Shown here piece after piece: positions 11,138-21,817 of a DNA stretch of 64,000 nucleotides. Made by a program: the position numbers and the translations under genes. Each line of letters starts with the position of its first letter. The stretch's first letter is position 1. The notes below the pieces were generated by a model. It was not told the DNA's origin. It did not search any database and worked only from the letters and a program-made list of their open reading frames with translations. Origin of the DNA: Planktothrix sp. GU0601_MAG3 (GTDB taxonomy: Bacteria; Cyanobacteriota; Cyanobacteriia; Cyanobacteriales; Microcoleaceae); contig CP136572.1 of the NCBI GenBank assembly GCA_035193785.1, positions 3,956,578-4,020,577 on the forward strand, in the 5' to 3' direction.

Positions 11138-12756
11138 TCATTTTCATCAGCATTCAAACCCAGCCTAAGTTTAACTTTATCCCATCGAAATTGTTCTATT
11201 TTATCCAGTGCATTATAAAAATATTCCTCTAAATAGGGTTCGATTTCCATTTCCCAGATATCCTGAATATTATCCTCAATATTCCGTATCATAAAAAAGG
11301 ATATCCCAATTTCATAATTAGGATCAGCAATCATTTTGTTAATATCTTGAAGGACTTGAATTAATTGATCTATCGAAAAATTGATTTCATCGTCTTTATG
11401 ATAACGTTTTAAAATATTATAATTTGGAGCAATTTTAATAAAAGCAAAACGACGACGCAACGCATGATCAACTAACGCAATAGAACGATCTGCGGTGTTC
11501 ATAGTTCCAATAATAAAAACATTTCCAGGAATCTCAAAGGGTTCATTACTACCTGCTAAATTAATTTTTTCCTCTCGATATTCTAATAAATACATTAACT
11601 CCCCAAACACATTTGATAAATTTGCTCGATTAATTTCATCAATAATTAAAACACAAATATCATCATAAGATTCGGCTTTTTTACAAAATTCTAAAAATCG
11701 ACCAGGGACGAGATCATAAGTTAATTGTCCGTTTTCAGTCCGAGGACGTATTCCTTGAATAAAGTCTTCATAACTATAGGATGGATGAAATTGAATGATT
11801 TCCGAAAAACCATCTCTACCTGTAATAAAATGTTCAGCTAATTGTTGGGCAATCCAGGTTTTTCCGGTTCCGGGTGGCCCTTGTAAAATAATTTGTCCTT
11901 TACGGTTAATATTATTTATCCATCTCAGAAGTTCAGTTTCATCAATTCCTGTTTCTTTAGAACATTGCTCTAAAGTATATTCTGGTTGCAAGTTTTGTTC
12001 TTCAATATCTAATTTAATATCAGTCATAATTTCATTCAATAATGAGGGATAAATAGAAGTAAAATCATACTTTCTGACAGCTACCAACCAATGAGAAAAC
12101 ATATCAAACAAATCATCATCTCGTAGGGAAGGTCTACCAGGCTGACGCATTTCGGGAGCCAACTTTTTGATCAGTTTTATTCCTGTGTCATTAATATATG
12201 GATAATCAATTAACTGCTGAGTATAAGAAGTTTGAGAAAAATAGTTAATAACTATTCTTGATTTCTTATTAATCACAATAAAATTATCGGGTCGAAGTGC
12301 ATTCAGAATTGGGGAAATTATCCCAGACTGAAACCCTTTAGAGTAAGGTAAATTAGAGAAATTATTGCAAGCATCAATAAGTTTATTTGGGTGATCATTA
12401 CAACAACGAACAAAATTAAGAATTGCTTGAGCAATATCAGGCCATTCTTCTGATTTTGTCCATTTTGCAGCCTCATATTTATTTCTAACATCTGTAGCAA
12501 GCACAGGTGCAATATGTATCCATGCTCCTCTTTTTTGGTTAGCTGGAGAATCAGTATAGGGAAGTAGTTGTAATAATATAGAATCAGTTACATCTTCTCC
12601 CGCATTAGCCGCAGAAATAATTGCTTTAAAATTTCGACAACCTTGTTGACGTTGTTGGTCGTATGCTGCGATGTGTCGCAAACCATCCCCAGAATAAGGA
12701 TAGGAGTCTATAAATTCTAAAAATAATTCAGTAAATTTACTTTGAATATTACTCAT
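11134..12756 (-). CDS. mcrB: McrB-family AAA+ GTPase with an atypical N-terminal specificity domain
   Basis: Walker A GPPGTGKT, QFHPSYSYEDFIQG, Walker B IIDEINRAN, signature GTMNTADRS and ALRRRF. Confidence 0.92.
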   Translation of the reverse strand: MSNIQSKFTELFLEFIDSYPYSGDGLRHIAAYDQQRQQGCRNFKAIISAANAGEDVTDSILLQLLPYTDSPANQKRGAWIHIAPVLATDVRNKYEAAKWTKSEEWPDIAQAILNFVRCCNDHPNKLIDACNNFSNLPYSKGFQSGIISPILNALRPDNFIVINKKSRIVINYFSQTSYTQQLIDYPYINDTGIKLIKKLAPEMRQPGRPSLRDDDLFDMFSHWLVAVRKYDFTSIYPSLLNEIMTDIKLDIEEQNLQPEYTLEQCSKETGIDETELLRWINNINRKGQIILQGPPGTGKTWIAQQLAEHFITGRDGFSEIIQFHPSYSYEDFIQGIRPRTENGQLTYDLVPGRFLEFCKKAESYDDICVLIIDEINRANLSNVFGELMYLLEYREEKINLAGSNEPFEIPGNVFIIGTMNTADRSIALVDHALRRRFAFIKIAPNYNILKRYHKDDEINFSIDQLIQVLQDINKMIADPNYEIGISFFMIRNIEDNIQDIWEMEIEPYLEEYFYNALDKIEQFRWDKVKLRLGLNADEND

Positions 12757-12789
12757 ATTTAGTTTAAATTTTATTGAAGTCAGTTTTTT

Positions 12790-13239
12790 TTATAGGGGTT
12801 TTTCTGCGAGCTTACTAATGACTTTAAATTCATTATCTGTAATATAACGATAACTTTGAGGCGGATTAATTGTAGGCAACTTTTTTTTAAGCGTGGTTAA
12901 CTTAATAGGGTTATTAAAAATATTTTTATTATTAAAAAATATGGCAACACCTAATGATGCACCTTGATAATAACGTTGAAAATCTTGATAGGTAATACCA
13001 GCTTTATCTTTGACCTTTTCCCAGAAATCTTTCTTATTTTGAGGTAAATTTTCTGTAATTACCCGTTCTACTTCTAAAGAAGCAACTAAATTTTGCTGAG
13101 GAGATGTAACATATACCAAAACTAAATCTCCCGCTTCAAGACGAGTCCGAACTCGGCGCAGTTCTACGGTTTTTTTACCTGCTAAAATTTTCTTAGCATA
13201 TTCTGGCTTTATCGAAAGTAACAATATATTATTTGGCAT
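12790..13239 (-). CDS. ASCH (PUA-like) domain protein
   Basis: LSIKPEYAKKILAGKKTVELRR (GxKxxExR) and C-terminal PPQSYRY. Start overlaps the upstream stop (TAATG). Confidence 0.88.
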   Translation of the reverse strand: MPNNILLLSIKPEYAKKILAGKKTVELRRVRTRLEAGDLVLVYVTSPQQNLVASLEVERVITENLPQNKKDFWEKVKDKAGITYQDFQRYYQGASLGVAIFFNNKNIFNNPIKLTTLKKKLPTINPPQSYRYITDNEFKVISKLAEKPL

Positions 13240-15377
13240 TATTCTTTAGAGTTTAATTGATTTCCTCGGCAATATAGTATAGCAAATTTTTCCTTAGAAA
13301 CATAGTACGCAGACTGCATTGTAAATTTATTCTCTAAAACTTCTTGAACCTCATTTAATGGAATAGGTAATTTCAGTAGTTCTGTATGACTAAATTTAAT
13401 TGCCATAATTTCTTTTTCAGGATCTCCGCCAGCTACATCTAACACATCATTCCATTGATATATACCTAAATTTTGAAATCTACGAAATAGTTCTTGAGGT
13501 TTTCCTAATACTACTTCATCAAGACGAGATACAGCACGAATAGAGCTTATATCCTGATAACCTTTATCTTTATCTTTACTTACATACCATATAATTCTTC
13601 CTGAAACTCCTGGTTTAAGAGTTTTAGGAGCAGATTTAGATTTATAATAAACAGCTTCTGTATTAAGAGCTATATCAATTTTACTAGCACCAAACAAAGT
13701 TTGATTTGCCAAATTATAATCAAATAAATTTTTCGCCCATTTCGGTTGAATAGGAATAATAAATGTAGGAATGTCAGCATCAATAACTTTAGCTGGAAAA
13801 AACTTTTTTTCTATGTCCCACATGGTTTTTGTTTCTTTCAGATTTTCGTCATCAGATAGTAACTTTGAGAATTTAGTACAGAAATTATAATCTTCAGAAG
13901 ATTGTTGAGCAATTATATTTAAGTGATCAGATAACTGTAAAGCTGTATCAGCTATAAATAGGTTAGCTCTTAACCAACCGTTAGAGACTTGTATAAAAGT
14001 AGAATTTTTTTGAATAGCCTTAGTAGTTTTTTCTGATAAGTAAGTATCGGTAATCCTCGTAAAATTTCGCCCTTCTTTAATACTATAAAAGATTGAATTA
14101 TAAATCAAATGGCTAATAATAGTATCAGCAATAGGATGATCATCAAGAACTCTAATTATAGGTATTTCTAGTTCATCTGATTTATGTTTATCATATACTA
14201 ACAAAGCAATTTTATTGTTATTCTCTAAAATATTCCAGCATTGAAATTTATCTTTATCTGTCAAAAATCTCTTGCTTTTTTGGATGAACTCGGCTTTCTT
14301 TTCCTTGTTTGCTTTTGATAAAAATATTGTTTGTAAATCTATTTCTCCCCACTGAACAGGAATTTTTGTAATTGACATCCCTGCCATACGAATAGGTTGA
14401 TACTCTGTTTTGCTTGCAATCTCATTGATTTGAATAATTAACTCTAAAGGAGAAAGAATAGAGAGTTTAAATTGATCATAAAATTCATCTTTAAATTGTA
14501 ATATTTGCTGATTTTGGGTGACAAAAATATAAGTTTCAGAAGCCAATATCTTTTGAAGATAACGGAAATTGTAGTTATCTAAATCAATATTTTTTCTTTT
14601 CAAAAAAATGGCTAATTCATTTTGATTATCGTTATTTTTTTGATCGACATCAAGTAAACTAAAATGTGTCCTGAAAGTCATCAATTTTTTTCTTTGTTCA
14701 GAATTAGTAATATTATTTATTTGATTACTAATTTCATCAACTAAAGACAAATCTACTTCTGATTGCAACCAATCTGACATAAGAGATTTTGAATCTTTAT
14801 TTTCTGGATTATCTTGTTCTTCCGCTATTTCAAAAAAGATTGGTGCATCTATAACAACAGATAATTTAGATTCTCTGTTGGTTTCGTTTAATATTGATAG
14901 TAAATTAGGATGTCCATAGTCAAGCCACCAATATGTATTTTCTTTTCCTCTAGTTCTCGCCGGTTTATCATGTGTGGAGATAAAACCTAACTTTTCCCAA
15001 AAGGAAGCTAAATTAAAATCTCGGCGACAAGTTAAACCGATACCTTCATATCTTTTATCAGTATCAGTAATTTTTTTTAAATGATTAACTAATTGTTCAG
15101 GTATTCCTTTTCTACGCCAATTTTCACTAATACATAAATGAATCAGCCTAATTCGCTTGTTGTGCCTTTCTTTAGTTTTATATAAAAGATAACCAATACA
15201 TTCTTTTTGGGGCGAAATAGCAACAATAATAGTTCCTTTAGCCGCGTGTTCAATAAATGCACCTTTCGGAAAAAACCCCAATGTTTTATTATTGGCATCA
15301 CCTAAATTGATTACAGTCTCTAAATAAGGAGAATTTTCATCAATTATTTGAGTATAGATATCATCTGTATCTTTCAT
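13239..15377 (-). CDS. Multidomain GNAT acetyltransferase - PIN-like - (degenerate GNAT) - PUA/EVE/ASCH-like protein
   Basis: GNAT motif HLCISENWRRKGIPEQL and FWEKLGF; PIN-like VVIDAPIF..DEI..FVTQN; C-terminal IIPIQPKWAKNLF..VYYKS..IIWYVS..PIPL..QS. Confidence 0.75.
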   Translation of the reverse strand: MKDTDDIYTQIIDENSPYLETVINLGDANNKTLGFFPKGAFIEHAAKGTIIVAISPQKECIGYLLYKTKERHNKRIRLIHLCISENWRRKGIPEQLVNHLKKITDTDKRYEGIGLTCRRDFNLASFWEKLGFISTHDKPARTRGKENTYWWLDYGHPNLLSILNETNRESKLSVVIDAPIFFEIAEEQDNPENKDSKSLMSDWLQSEVDLSLVDEISNQINNITNSEQRKKLMTFRTHFSLLDVDQKNNDNQNELAIFLKRKNIDLDNYNFRYLQKILASETYIFVTQNQQILQFKDEFYDQFKLSILSPLELIIQINEIASKTEYQPIRMAGMSITKIPVQWGEIDLQTIFLSKANKEKKAEFIQKSKRFLTDKDKFQCWNILENNNKIALLVYDKHKSDELEIPIIRVLDDHPIADTIISHLIYNSIFYSIKEGRNFTRITDTYLSEKTTKAIQKNSTFIQVSNGWLRANLFIADTALQLSDHLNIIAQQSSEDYNFCTKFSKLLSDDENLKETKTMWDIEKKFFPAKVIDADIPTFIIPIQPKWAKNLFDYNLANQTLFGASKIDIALNTEAVYYKSKSAPKTLKPGVSGRIIWYVSKDKDKGYQDISSIRAVSRLDEVVLGKPQELFRRFQNLGIYQWNDVLDVAGGDPEKEIMAIKFSHTELLKLPIPLNEVQEVLENKFTMQSAYYVSKEKFAILYCRGNQLNSKE

Positions 15378-15433
15378 TTGGGTACTGTCCTCTGATTTTT
15401 AATTTACCTTTGGCTAGGGTTTCGTTAAGGAAA

Positions 15434-15565
15434 AGCCTTGAAATAAATTTCAGGCTGAAAGCTAAAACCCGTTAAAACGGGTTGGGGAAGATCAGAATTA
15501 AGTCATTTAGATGACGTAGAGACGTGCCATGGCGCGTCTCTACAGCCCGAACTTTAGTTCAGGGT
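15434..15565. repeat. Cluster of short palindromes including a GTAG REP-like element (15516-15543)
   Basis: AGCCTTGAAAT-AA-ATTTCAGGCT, AACCCGTT-AA-AACGGGTT, GTCATTTAGATGAC, GTAGAGACGTGCCATGGCGCGTCTCTAC and CCCGAACT-TT-AGTTCAGGG. Confidence 0.75.
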
Positions 15566-15579
15566 ATAGCTTTATTATA

Positions 15580-16221
15580 TTAACCTTGAAATTGCGATAA
15601 CAACCAAGCGCTAACTTTACCATGATTGGTTTGACGACTGCGACGAAATGCTTCCTCTAATACCCCCATTTCTAACCCAGGTAAAACTTGAGATTCCTTA
15701 ATTCTATAACTACCTTGATTTTTAACCTCAAATGCAATAATTTTAACCGATTGAACATCAATAATCCAATATTCTTGTACCCCTAAAGATTCATAAAGTA
15801 ACCGTTTTTCTCCTTGGTCATCTGCTAAAGAAGAATGGGCTACTTCTATGACTAAATCAGGCGCGGGAAACTGATCTAAATCAATAATTATAGTTTCCCA
15901 AGGGATAACTTCCGCATTCCCACCAATATAAAAAGAAGCATCCGGTTGGGCTTCGTCAAACCCTGTTTTCCGGTAGGTGCAGTGATCATGGCCATCTAAA
16001 TTAATGCCCCGCAGACTGGCAAATAAACCAATGGCCAAAGAAATAATAAAGTGATCACGGGAATGGGGATTTCCTGGGGGCGACATTTCTAACCTCATGC
16101 GTCCATTAAAATAGTAACCTCTGGCGTTAGAATAGATAGGATCATCCAATGCGATCAGGTATTCATCCCAGGTTGCTGTTACCCAGGTATCGGTCGGAAG
16201 TTGAGTTTGAATAGGACTCAT
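15580..16221 (-). CDS. Uma2 family endonuclease-fold protein
   Basis: WVTATWDEY, AQPDASFYIG, PDLVIEVA and YESLGVQEYWIID, as in cyanobacterial Uma2 paralogues. Confidence 0.9.
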   Translation of the reverse strand: MSPIQTQLPTDTWVTATWDEYLIALDDPIYSNARGYYFNGRMRLEMSPPGNPHSRDHFIISLAIGLFASLRGINLDGHDHCTYRKTGFDEAQPDASFYIGGNAEVIPWETIIIDLDQFPAPDLVIEVAHSSLADDQGEKRLLYESLGVQEYWIIDVQSVKIIAFEVKNQGSYRIKESQVLPGLEMGVLEEAFRRSRQTNHGKVSAWLLSQFQG

Positions 16222-16450
16222 AACGGTATCATTGATGAGCGATCGCTTTTATTTTAACAAATTCAAACATAACTTACCAAGCACTGTTAAATAATTTTTC
16301 ACCCATGCTCAGGGGGTTTATAATAATAAAATGTTACCCGATTTTTAATTAAATTAGATGGTATTATACAATAAATATCAATAACAAAAAGCCCAAGGAT
16401 AACCGAGCGGCTTTAGACCCATTTTTTGTCAACTAGGAGGATTATTATTT

Positions 16451-17674
16451 ATGGAACAGACTCACGAAACCTTAAAACAACAACTGAGTGCCCTATCCCA
16501 ACGCTATCCCGATTTAGGCAACCGTCTGGCCGAAACTGCACAGAAACTCAAAACCGCAGGAATTCCACCGACAAAAACCTTAGTAGATGAACTGATAGCT
16601 TACTCTCAAGACTTTAGTAATATACAACAAAAACTGCTTACCAAAGGACAACCAACGGCCAGCCAAGCCACGTCCGTACAACAGTTAGAGAATTTATTGC
16701 TAAACCTAACACCCGCTCCGGCTCATCAAAAAACTCACCAACAAGCGCTGGAAATTTTAGAGCGAGTTCTATCCCTAACCCACAGCGAACAAAAGGATTT
16801 TCCCCCCTTACAAACGGCTCAAAATCAAGCGCGGGAATTGCAAACCGCAATTTCTCAACCAACAAATCAACTGCATTCCGGGGCGGAAGCCTTAGCTACA
16901 GGAAATCATCCCTTGGTAGCCTTAGTTAATTTAGTCGAAAAACAAGAGAGTTTAGACGATAATCAATGGGGGATTTTAGAAGAACAAATTACTGGCGCCT
17001 TTGGTAAATCTTTGGGTGTAGCAATTTCCAGGGGTAAAATTAATTTTACTGTTAAAACCCCTGTTGTTTCTGCTGTTGCTGCTCCGAAACCTGCAATTCC
17101 TGATATTGTAATTTTGGATGAACCTCAAGGATCTCGAGGCCCAGAATTAATTATTGTTCCTAGTATAGATGTTACGAAATTACCGCCAACAATTGATGGT
17201 AAAAATGTTTTCTTTGGCAATGCTCCCCTAGCAGGTAAAGCTCAAGAAAAAGCCAGTCTTTCTAACATTAACTTAAAGATTTTAGTCCATTTACAAGGAT
17301 TAGGCGATCGCACCTTTGCCGCCAGGGAATACGCAGGTACCCGGGGACAGGGACGGCGTTTAGAAGCCTTTCAAATTAATATCGATCCCGCCATTGAAGG
17401 TTTAAGTCTGCGCTATATGGCCCATATCGCGGCCATTGGGGACACACCTTTAACTCCCGAAGGTCAACTGGTGGGAGAGCGGGGCAAAAACCGACAAATC
17501 GAAGGCTTCGCGATTGAACTGATTGGCCCCCAAGCCCCTAACTACAAGGTTTTCTACACCGCCCACATCCAAAATAAAGGCGATGTTCCCGTCTGCACCA
17601 ACGGCCAATACTGCGGCACAAAAGGTCAAGGGTTAAGGATTGAAGGAATTAAAATTTGGATTGAAGCGAAGTAG
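16451..17674 (+). CDS. Hypothetical protein: helical N-terminus plus C-terminal ChW (clostridial hydrophobic W)-like repeats
   Basis: Three repeats of the form H(L/I)xxxGD...G(T/E)(R/K)GxxxxxE(A/G)xxI; AGGAGG RBS upstream. Confidence 0.65.
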   Translation: MEQTHETLKQQLSALSQRYPDLGNRLAETAQKLKTAGIPPTKTLVDELIAYSQDFSNIQQKLLTKGQPTASQATSVQQLENLLLNLTPAPAHQKTHQQALEILERVLSLTHSEQKDFPPLQTAQNQARELQTAISQPTNQLHSGAEALATGNHPLVALVNLVEKQESLDDNQWGILEEQITGAFGKSLGVAISRGKINFTVKTPVVSAVAAPKPAIPDIVILDEPQGSRGPELIIVPSIDVTKLPPTIDGKNVFFGNAPLAGKAQEKASLSNINLKILVHLQGLGDRTFAAREYAGTRGQGRRLEAFQINIDPAIEGLSLRYMAHIAAIGDTPLTPEGQLVGERGKNRQIEGFAIELIGPQAPNYKVFYTAHIQNKGDVPVCTNGQYCGTKGQGLRIEGIKIWIEAK

Positions 17675-17675
17675 A

Positions 17676-17808
17676 GGGAATGGGGAATAGTAAATTACGA
17701 ATTACGAATTACGAATTACGAATGGGGAATAGTAAATTACGAATTACGAATGGGTAATAGAAGAAGTTTACATCCCCTGCCCCCTGCCCCCCTGCCCCCC
17801 TACCTCCC
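17676..17808. repeat. Heptamer repeats (AATTACG)n and a C-rich tract
   Basis: Directly visible tandem repeats. Confidence 0.85.
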
Positions 17809-17882
17809 ATTGTCCTGAAAGAATGTTGACAATTGAGATCGGGTTTTGCTATAATTTAACATCGTGCAAATATAAATTCCCT

Positions 17883-17955
17883 GCTGCTTTAGCTCAGTTG
17901 GTAGAGCGGTTCACTCGTAATGAACAGGCCGTCGGTTCAAGTCCGATAAGCAGCT
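17883..17955 (+). tRNA. trnT: tRNA-Thr (CGT)
   Basis: Acceptor GCTGCTT/AAGCAGC, anticodon arm GTTCA-CTCGTAA-TGAAC and T loop TTCAAGT. Confidence 0.95.
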
Positions 17956-17987
17956 TTTTGATTTCAGATCCTTGTCAATAAGGGATT

Positions 17988-20251
17988 CTAATAATCTCGA
18001 TAATAATGGGTTTCCCGTTTATCCCCGTTGGCGACCATTCCTAATACGGGAAACTCCGGCGGTGCTAATTTCCCGCAGGGCCAAACTAAAGGCTTCTCGG
18101 TCGGTTTTTCCTAATCCGACAACCATCATTAATCCGTCGGTATGGGGGGCCAATAAATTCGCATCGGCTAACCCTAAAATTGGGGCGGTATCGTAGATAA
18201 TTAAATCGAAGGATTCTTGCAATTGTTTCATCAACTCCTGCATGGGTTTTGAGGATAGTAACCGAGTCGGGTCGGGATAGAATTTTCCGGCGGTTAAAAC
18301 ATATAGGTTTTCCTCAGAAGCAACCTTTTTAATTACGGTTTTAAACTCTAATTTTTGAGTTAAAATATTAGTTAATCCCAACTGATTTGTGATTTCTAAT
18401 AGGGTATGAATCCGAGGACAACGCAGGTCAGCATCCACTAATAAAACCCGTTGACCCATGGCGGCGGCTCCTTGGGCTAAATTCATAGCAATGGTTGATT
18501 TTCCATCGGCGGGAGTGGCGGAAGTGATGACACAAGACCGCACAGAACCTTCAGGGTTTAATAGGCGTAAATTGTTATTTAAGGCTCGGAATGCCTCTTG
18601 GAATGGACTACAAGCGGGGTAGGTGATATCAGAAATATCAATAGTTGGTGCAACGGAATTCGGAAGGATTAAGGCTTCATTACTAGCTGGAATTACCCCT
18701 AATAATGGTAAGGAAATACTATCTGTAACTTCGTGAGTAGTGCGATAAACATTGTTAAATCGTTCCAAAATTTGGGCTGCAATTACCCCTAGGAATAATC
18801 CGGCTAATCCCCCTAGGGCGAGATTTAAAGGAACATTAGGAGAAACGGTAATTAACTCTCCATTAATATTACTAGGAATCCGAGGAGGAGCAATTAATTC
18901 CCAGGGTTTCTGACTTGACTTGAGGAACAAATTTGAGTTGTATTTCTTGAGATTTATTCGTCAGTTCTGTGAGTTGATTGGTAATGGTTTTTAACTGTTG
19001 TTGTAAATCATTATATCGACCCAAAACCCTGGGAAATACTTGGGAATATTGGTTAAATTCTTGGGTGGCTTTTTCTAAAACTTGATTTCTCACCTTCAGC
19101 ATTTCAATATTATTCGCCGCCCCAACTAACTGCTGAATCATTCCCATTCGGATCGAATCTTGAAACCGGATAATATTAGGATTAACTTGATTACCCGCAG
19201 ATCCTAATACATTTTTAGCTTCTTTTTCTAATAAGGGAAGTATTTGCGATCGCTGATCCAATAAGGCTTGAATTTGCGGTGCTGTTCCTTTAAAACGGGC
19301 GGATTCAATGGCGATTTCTGTTTCTAATTTTAATAACTCTTGAAGTAGCCCTTGATATTGGGGAGATTGAGTTAAGGCGGATGCTAATAACGCTTGTTCC
19401 GGTTTTAATCCCAACTGTTTTTGTAAGGCTTGATATTGAGATTCCTGTTGTACAAGTTGGGATTGAGCTTCTAATTTTTGAGTTTGTAATTCACTCTTTT
19501 GTTTAAATAAATATTGAGTTTGTAGTTGTGGGTCAATAAAATTATATTGTTGTTGGAGTTTCTGAATTTCTTGTTTAATTGGAGGAAGTTTTTTCTCTAA
19601 GGTGGCAATTTGTCCCTGAATTAATTTTAATTGTTGCTCTCGCTCTTGATCCTGTACATCTTTAGGAAGACTATATTTTAAGTAACCTTCAGCTATTTTT
19701 TCTAAAACAAATTGGACTTTTTGAGGTTCAGAACCTTGATAACTGACTTCAAAAATTCGAGTTTGTTTTAAGGGTTTAATCGCCAAGGTATCCTTTCCCC
19801 AAAAGGTTTGTCCAGTTTTTTGGTTAAATAGAGAATCATAAGTAACTTCAGGATAGCGCGTTTGAATCCCTTTTAAAATTCCCGACATTAATTTGGGACT
19901 TTGTAAAATTTCCAGTTGGGAATAATAATTGAGGTCGGATTTTTTTTCTGAATTTGAGTCTAATTCTGGCGGTAGAGTATCGGTTTGGGGAGTAGTTTCG
20001 ACTAGAATTTGAAATGATCCCTTATATTCCGGGGTGAGATTAATTGTCCATAAATAAACCCCGGCGGTGACGGCGGTAGTTACACCCAAAACAGCGAGGG
20101 CTCGTCTTCCTAAAACTTTAAAGAAATCCGATTTTTCTTCATTATATCCCGGGGATAAATCAGCATCATAATATAAAGTTTCTCCCGAGGGATATAGGGG
20201 TTTTTTAGTATTTTTAATAACAGAGATTTGAGATAATTTTCGATTTTTCAT
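17988..20251 (-). CDS. wzc: GumC/Wzc polysaccharide co-polymerase tyrosine autokinase
   Basis: Two TM segments around a coiled coil; ITSATPADGKST, LLVDADLR, IIYDTAP and a Tyr-containing tail ETHYYRDY. Extra bases at ~18907 and ~18051. Confidence 0.88.
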
Positions 20252-20258
20252 GGTCTTT

Positions 20259-21796
20259 TTAGTTCAAAATATTAACAAATCGAAAAAGTCCTAAAAAGTT
20301 ATTCAAGGGACTTAATGAATTTAACACAGTTCCCAAACCATCTCGGAAACTAGCCGCACCAGAACGACCCACAACAATTACATCATTATTTCTGAGCATA
20401 GGGTTAGTTTCCTCATTCACAGCCGCCGATGGATTAATTAAAATCTGACGCCGAGAAACCGTTTCCGTTAGGATGGATGCGAATTAATTCCACTTGTTTT
20501 TTATTCGCCCGAGATTCATTAAATCCCCCCGCTTCCACCAAAGCTTGATTCAAAGCGGTATTGGGAGGGAGAGTTTTCGCCCCTGGGGATACCACCTCAC
20601 CCACCAGACTAATTTTCAGGGTATCGGGGGAAAAACTCGCCGCCGCCACCTCAGCATTTTGTTGAGTTTCAGCCGTTGTCGCCGTTGGTACTACAATTGT
20701 ATCCCCCTGTTGTAACATCGCATCTTGACTCAAATCTCCTTCCTGTAACAGTTTCCATAAATCCACGGTAATCTGTTGTTCAGTTCCGGTGCGGGTTAGA
20801 CGTCGTACCTGAATATTACGGATATCCGCGCTAGGAGTAATTCCCCCCGCCATTTTCAGAGCTTTGGTCACCGTAAATAGTCCTCCAGTCGCCGCCACGG
20901 CACCTTCAGAGGGTTGACCGGGCTCCGGGGAAATTCTGGGAATGGTTTCTAAGGTTAGGGTATGGGTTCCGGGGCGATTTACCGCACCAACAACAGCAAC
21001 ATTGATGGGTTGATTATTATTACTAGCAAAATTAGCCGTAATTAATTGAGAAGATTCCGCCGCATTGTTTTCGGTACTGGTGGGAATATAAATCGTATCG
21101 CCGTCCCGCAGGGTAATATCCTGGCGTAAATCCCCGGTTTGTAGGAGTTCCCACAAATCCAAATTGATAATTTTTTCCCCCCCAGTTCCACTTGAGCGCC
21201 GAATTTTCACCTGTCGCATATCCGCACTCGGGGTAATTCCTCCGGCCATTTGTAATACCCTTGTAATGGTGGGTAAACGTCCCCCGGTTCCCGAGACTTC
21301 TGGCGCTCCCATCAAGGGGTTATTGGTGGTCATACTTGCTGACGGAGAGACAATATAAGACCCCGGACGTTGAACTTCTCCCGTCACCGCCACTTGTAGA
21401 GGACGGGCGGCGATTAATTTAATAGCTAAAATCGGCCGTTGTAAATATTCTCCATAGCGCTGTTGAAACCATTGCTGTTAATTGGTCTACCGTCATTCCT
21501 TGAACTGAAATATTACCAATTAAAGGCAAATTCACAGAACCATCAATCGAGACTTGATGATGACCATTATTACCACTATATTCAGGAACATTAAAAATAT
21601 CGAGTTGCAGCAAATCCCCTGGGCCAAGGGTATAACTCGTATCGCCCGTAGGAAGATTAACCATCGGTTGAGTTACTAACCCTTGAGCTTGGGCCATGGG
21701 AATATGTCCCAAAATGACAACCATCGGAAGCCAAAACCCCCACAAACAAAGGAAATTAACAGTTATTTTAGATTTTGAAGATAGAATCTTTACCAT
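20259..21796 (-). CDS. wza: Polysaccharide export protein with SLBB repeats (Wza/KpsD family)
   Basis: YTLGPGD..DGSVNLPLIG and repeated V.G.V.RPG / AGG motifs. Extra bases at ~21466 and ~20463. Confidence 0.85.
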
Positions 21797-21817
21797 TACA
21801 TCCAAATAAATATAAAA

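Noticed and set aside
5067..17955. Integrative element bounded by the two tRNAs
   Set aside because: No integrase, no duplicated tRNA 3' end seen, and the interval contains core genes (potA, mnmE).
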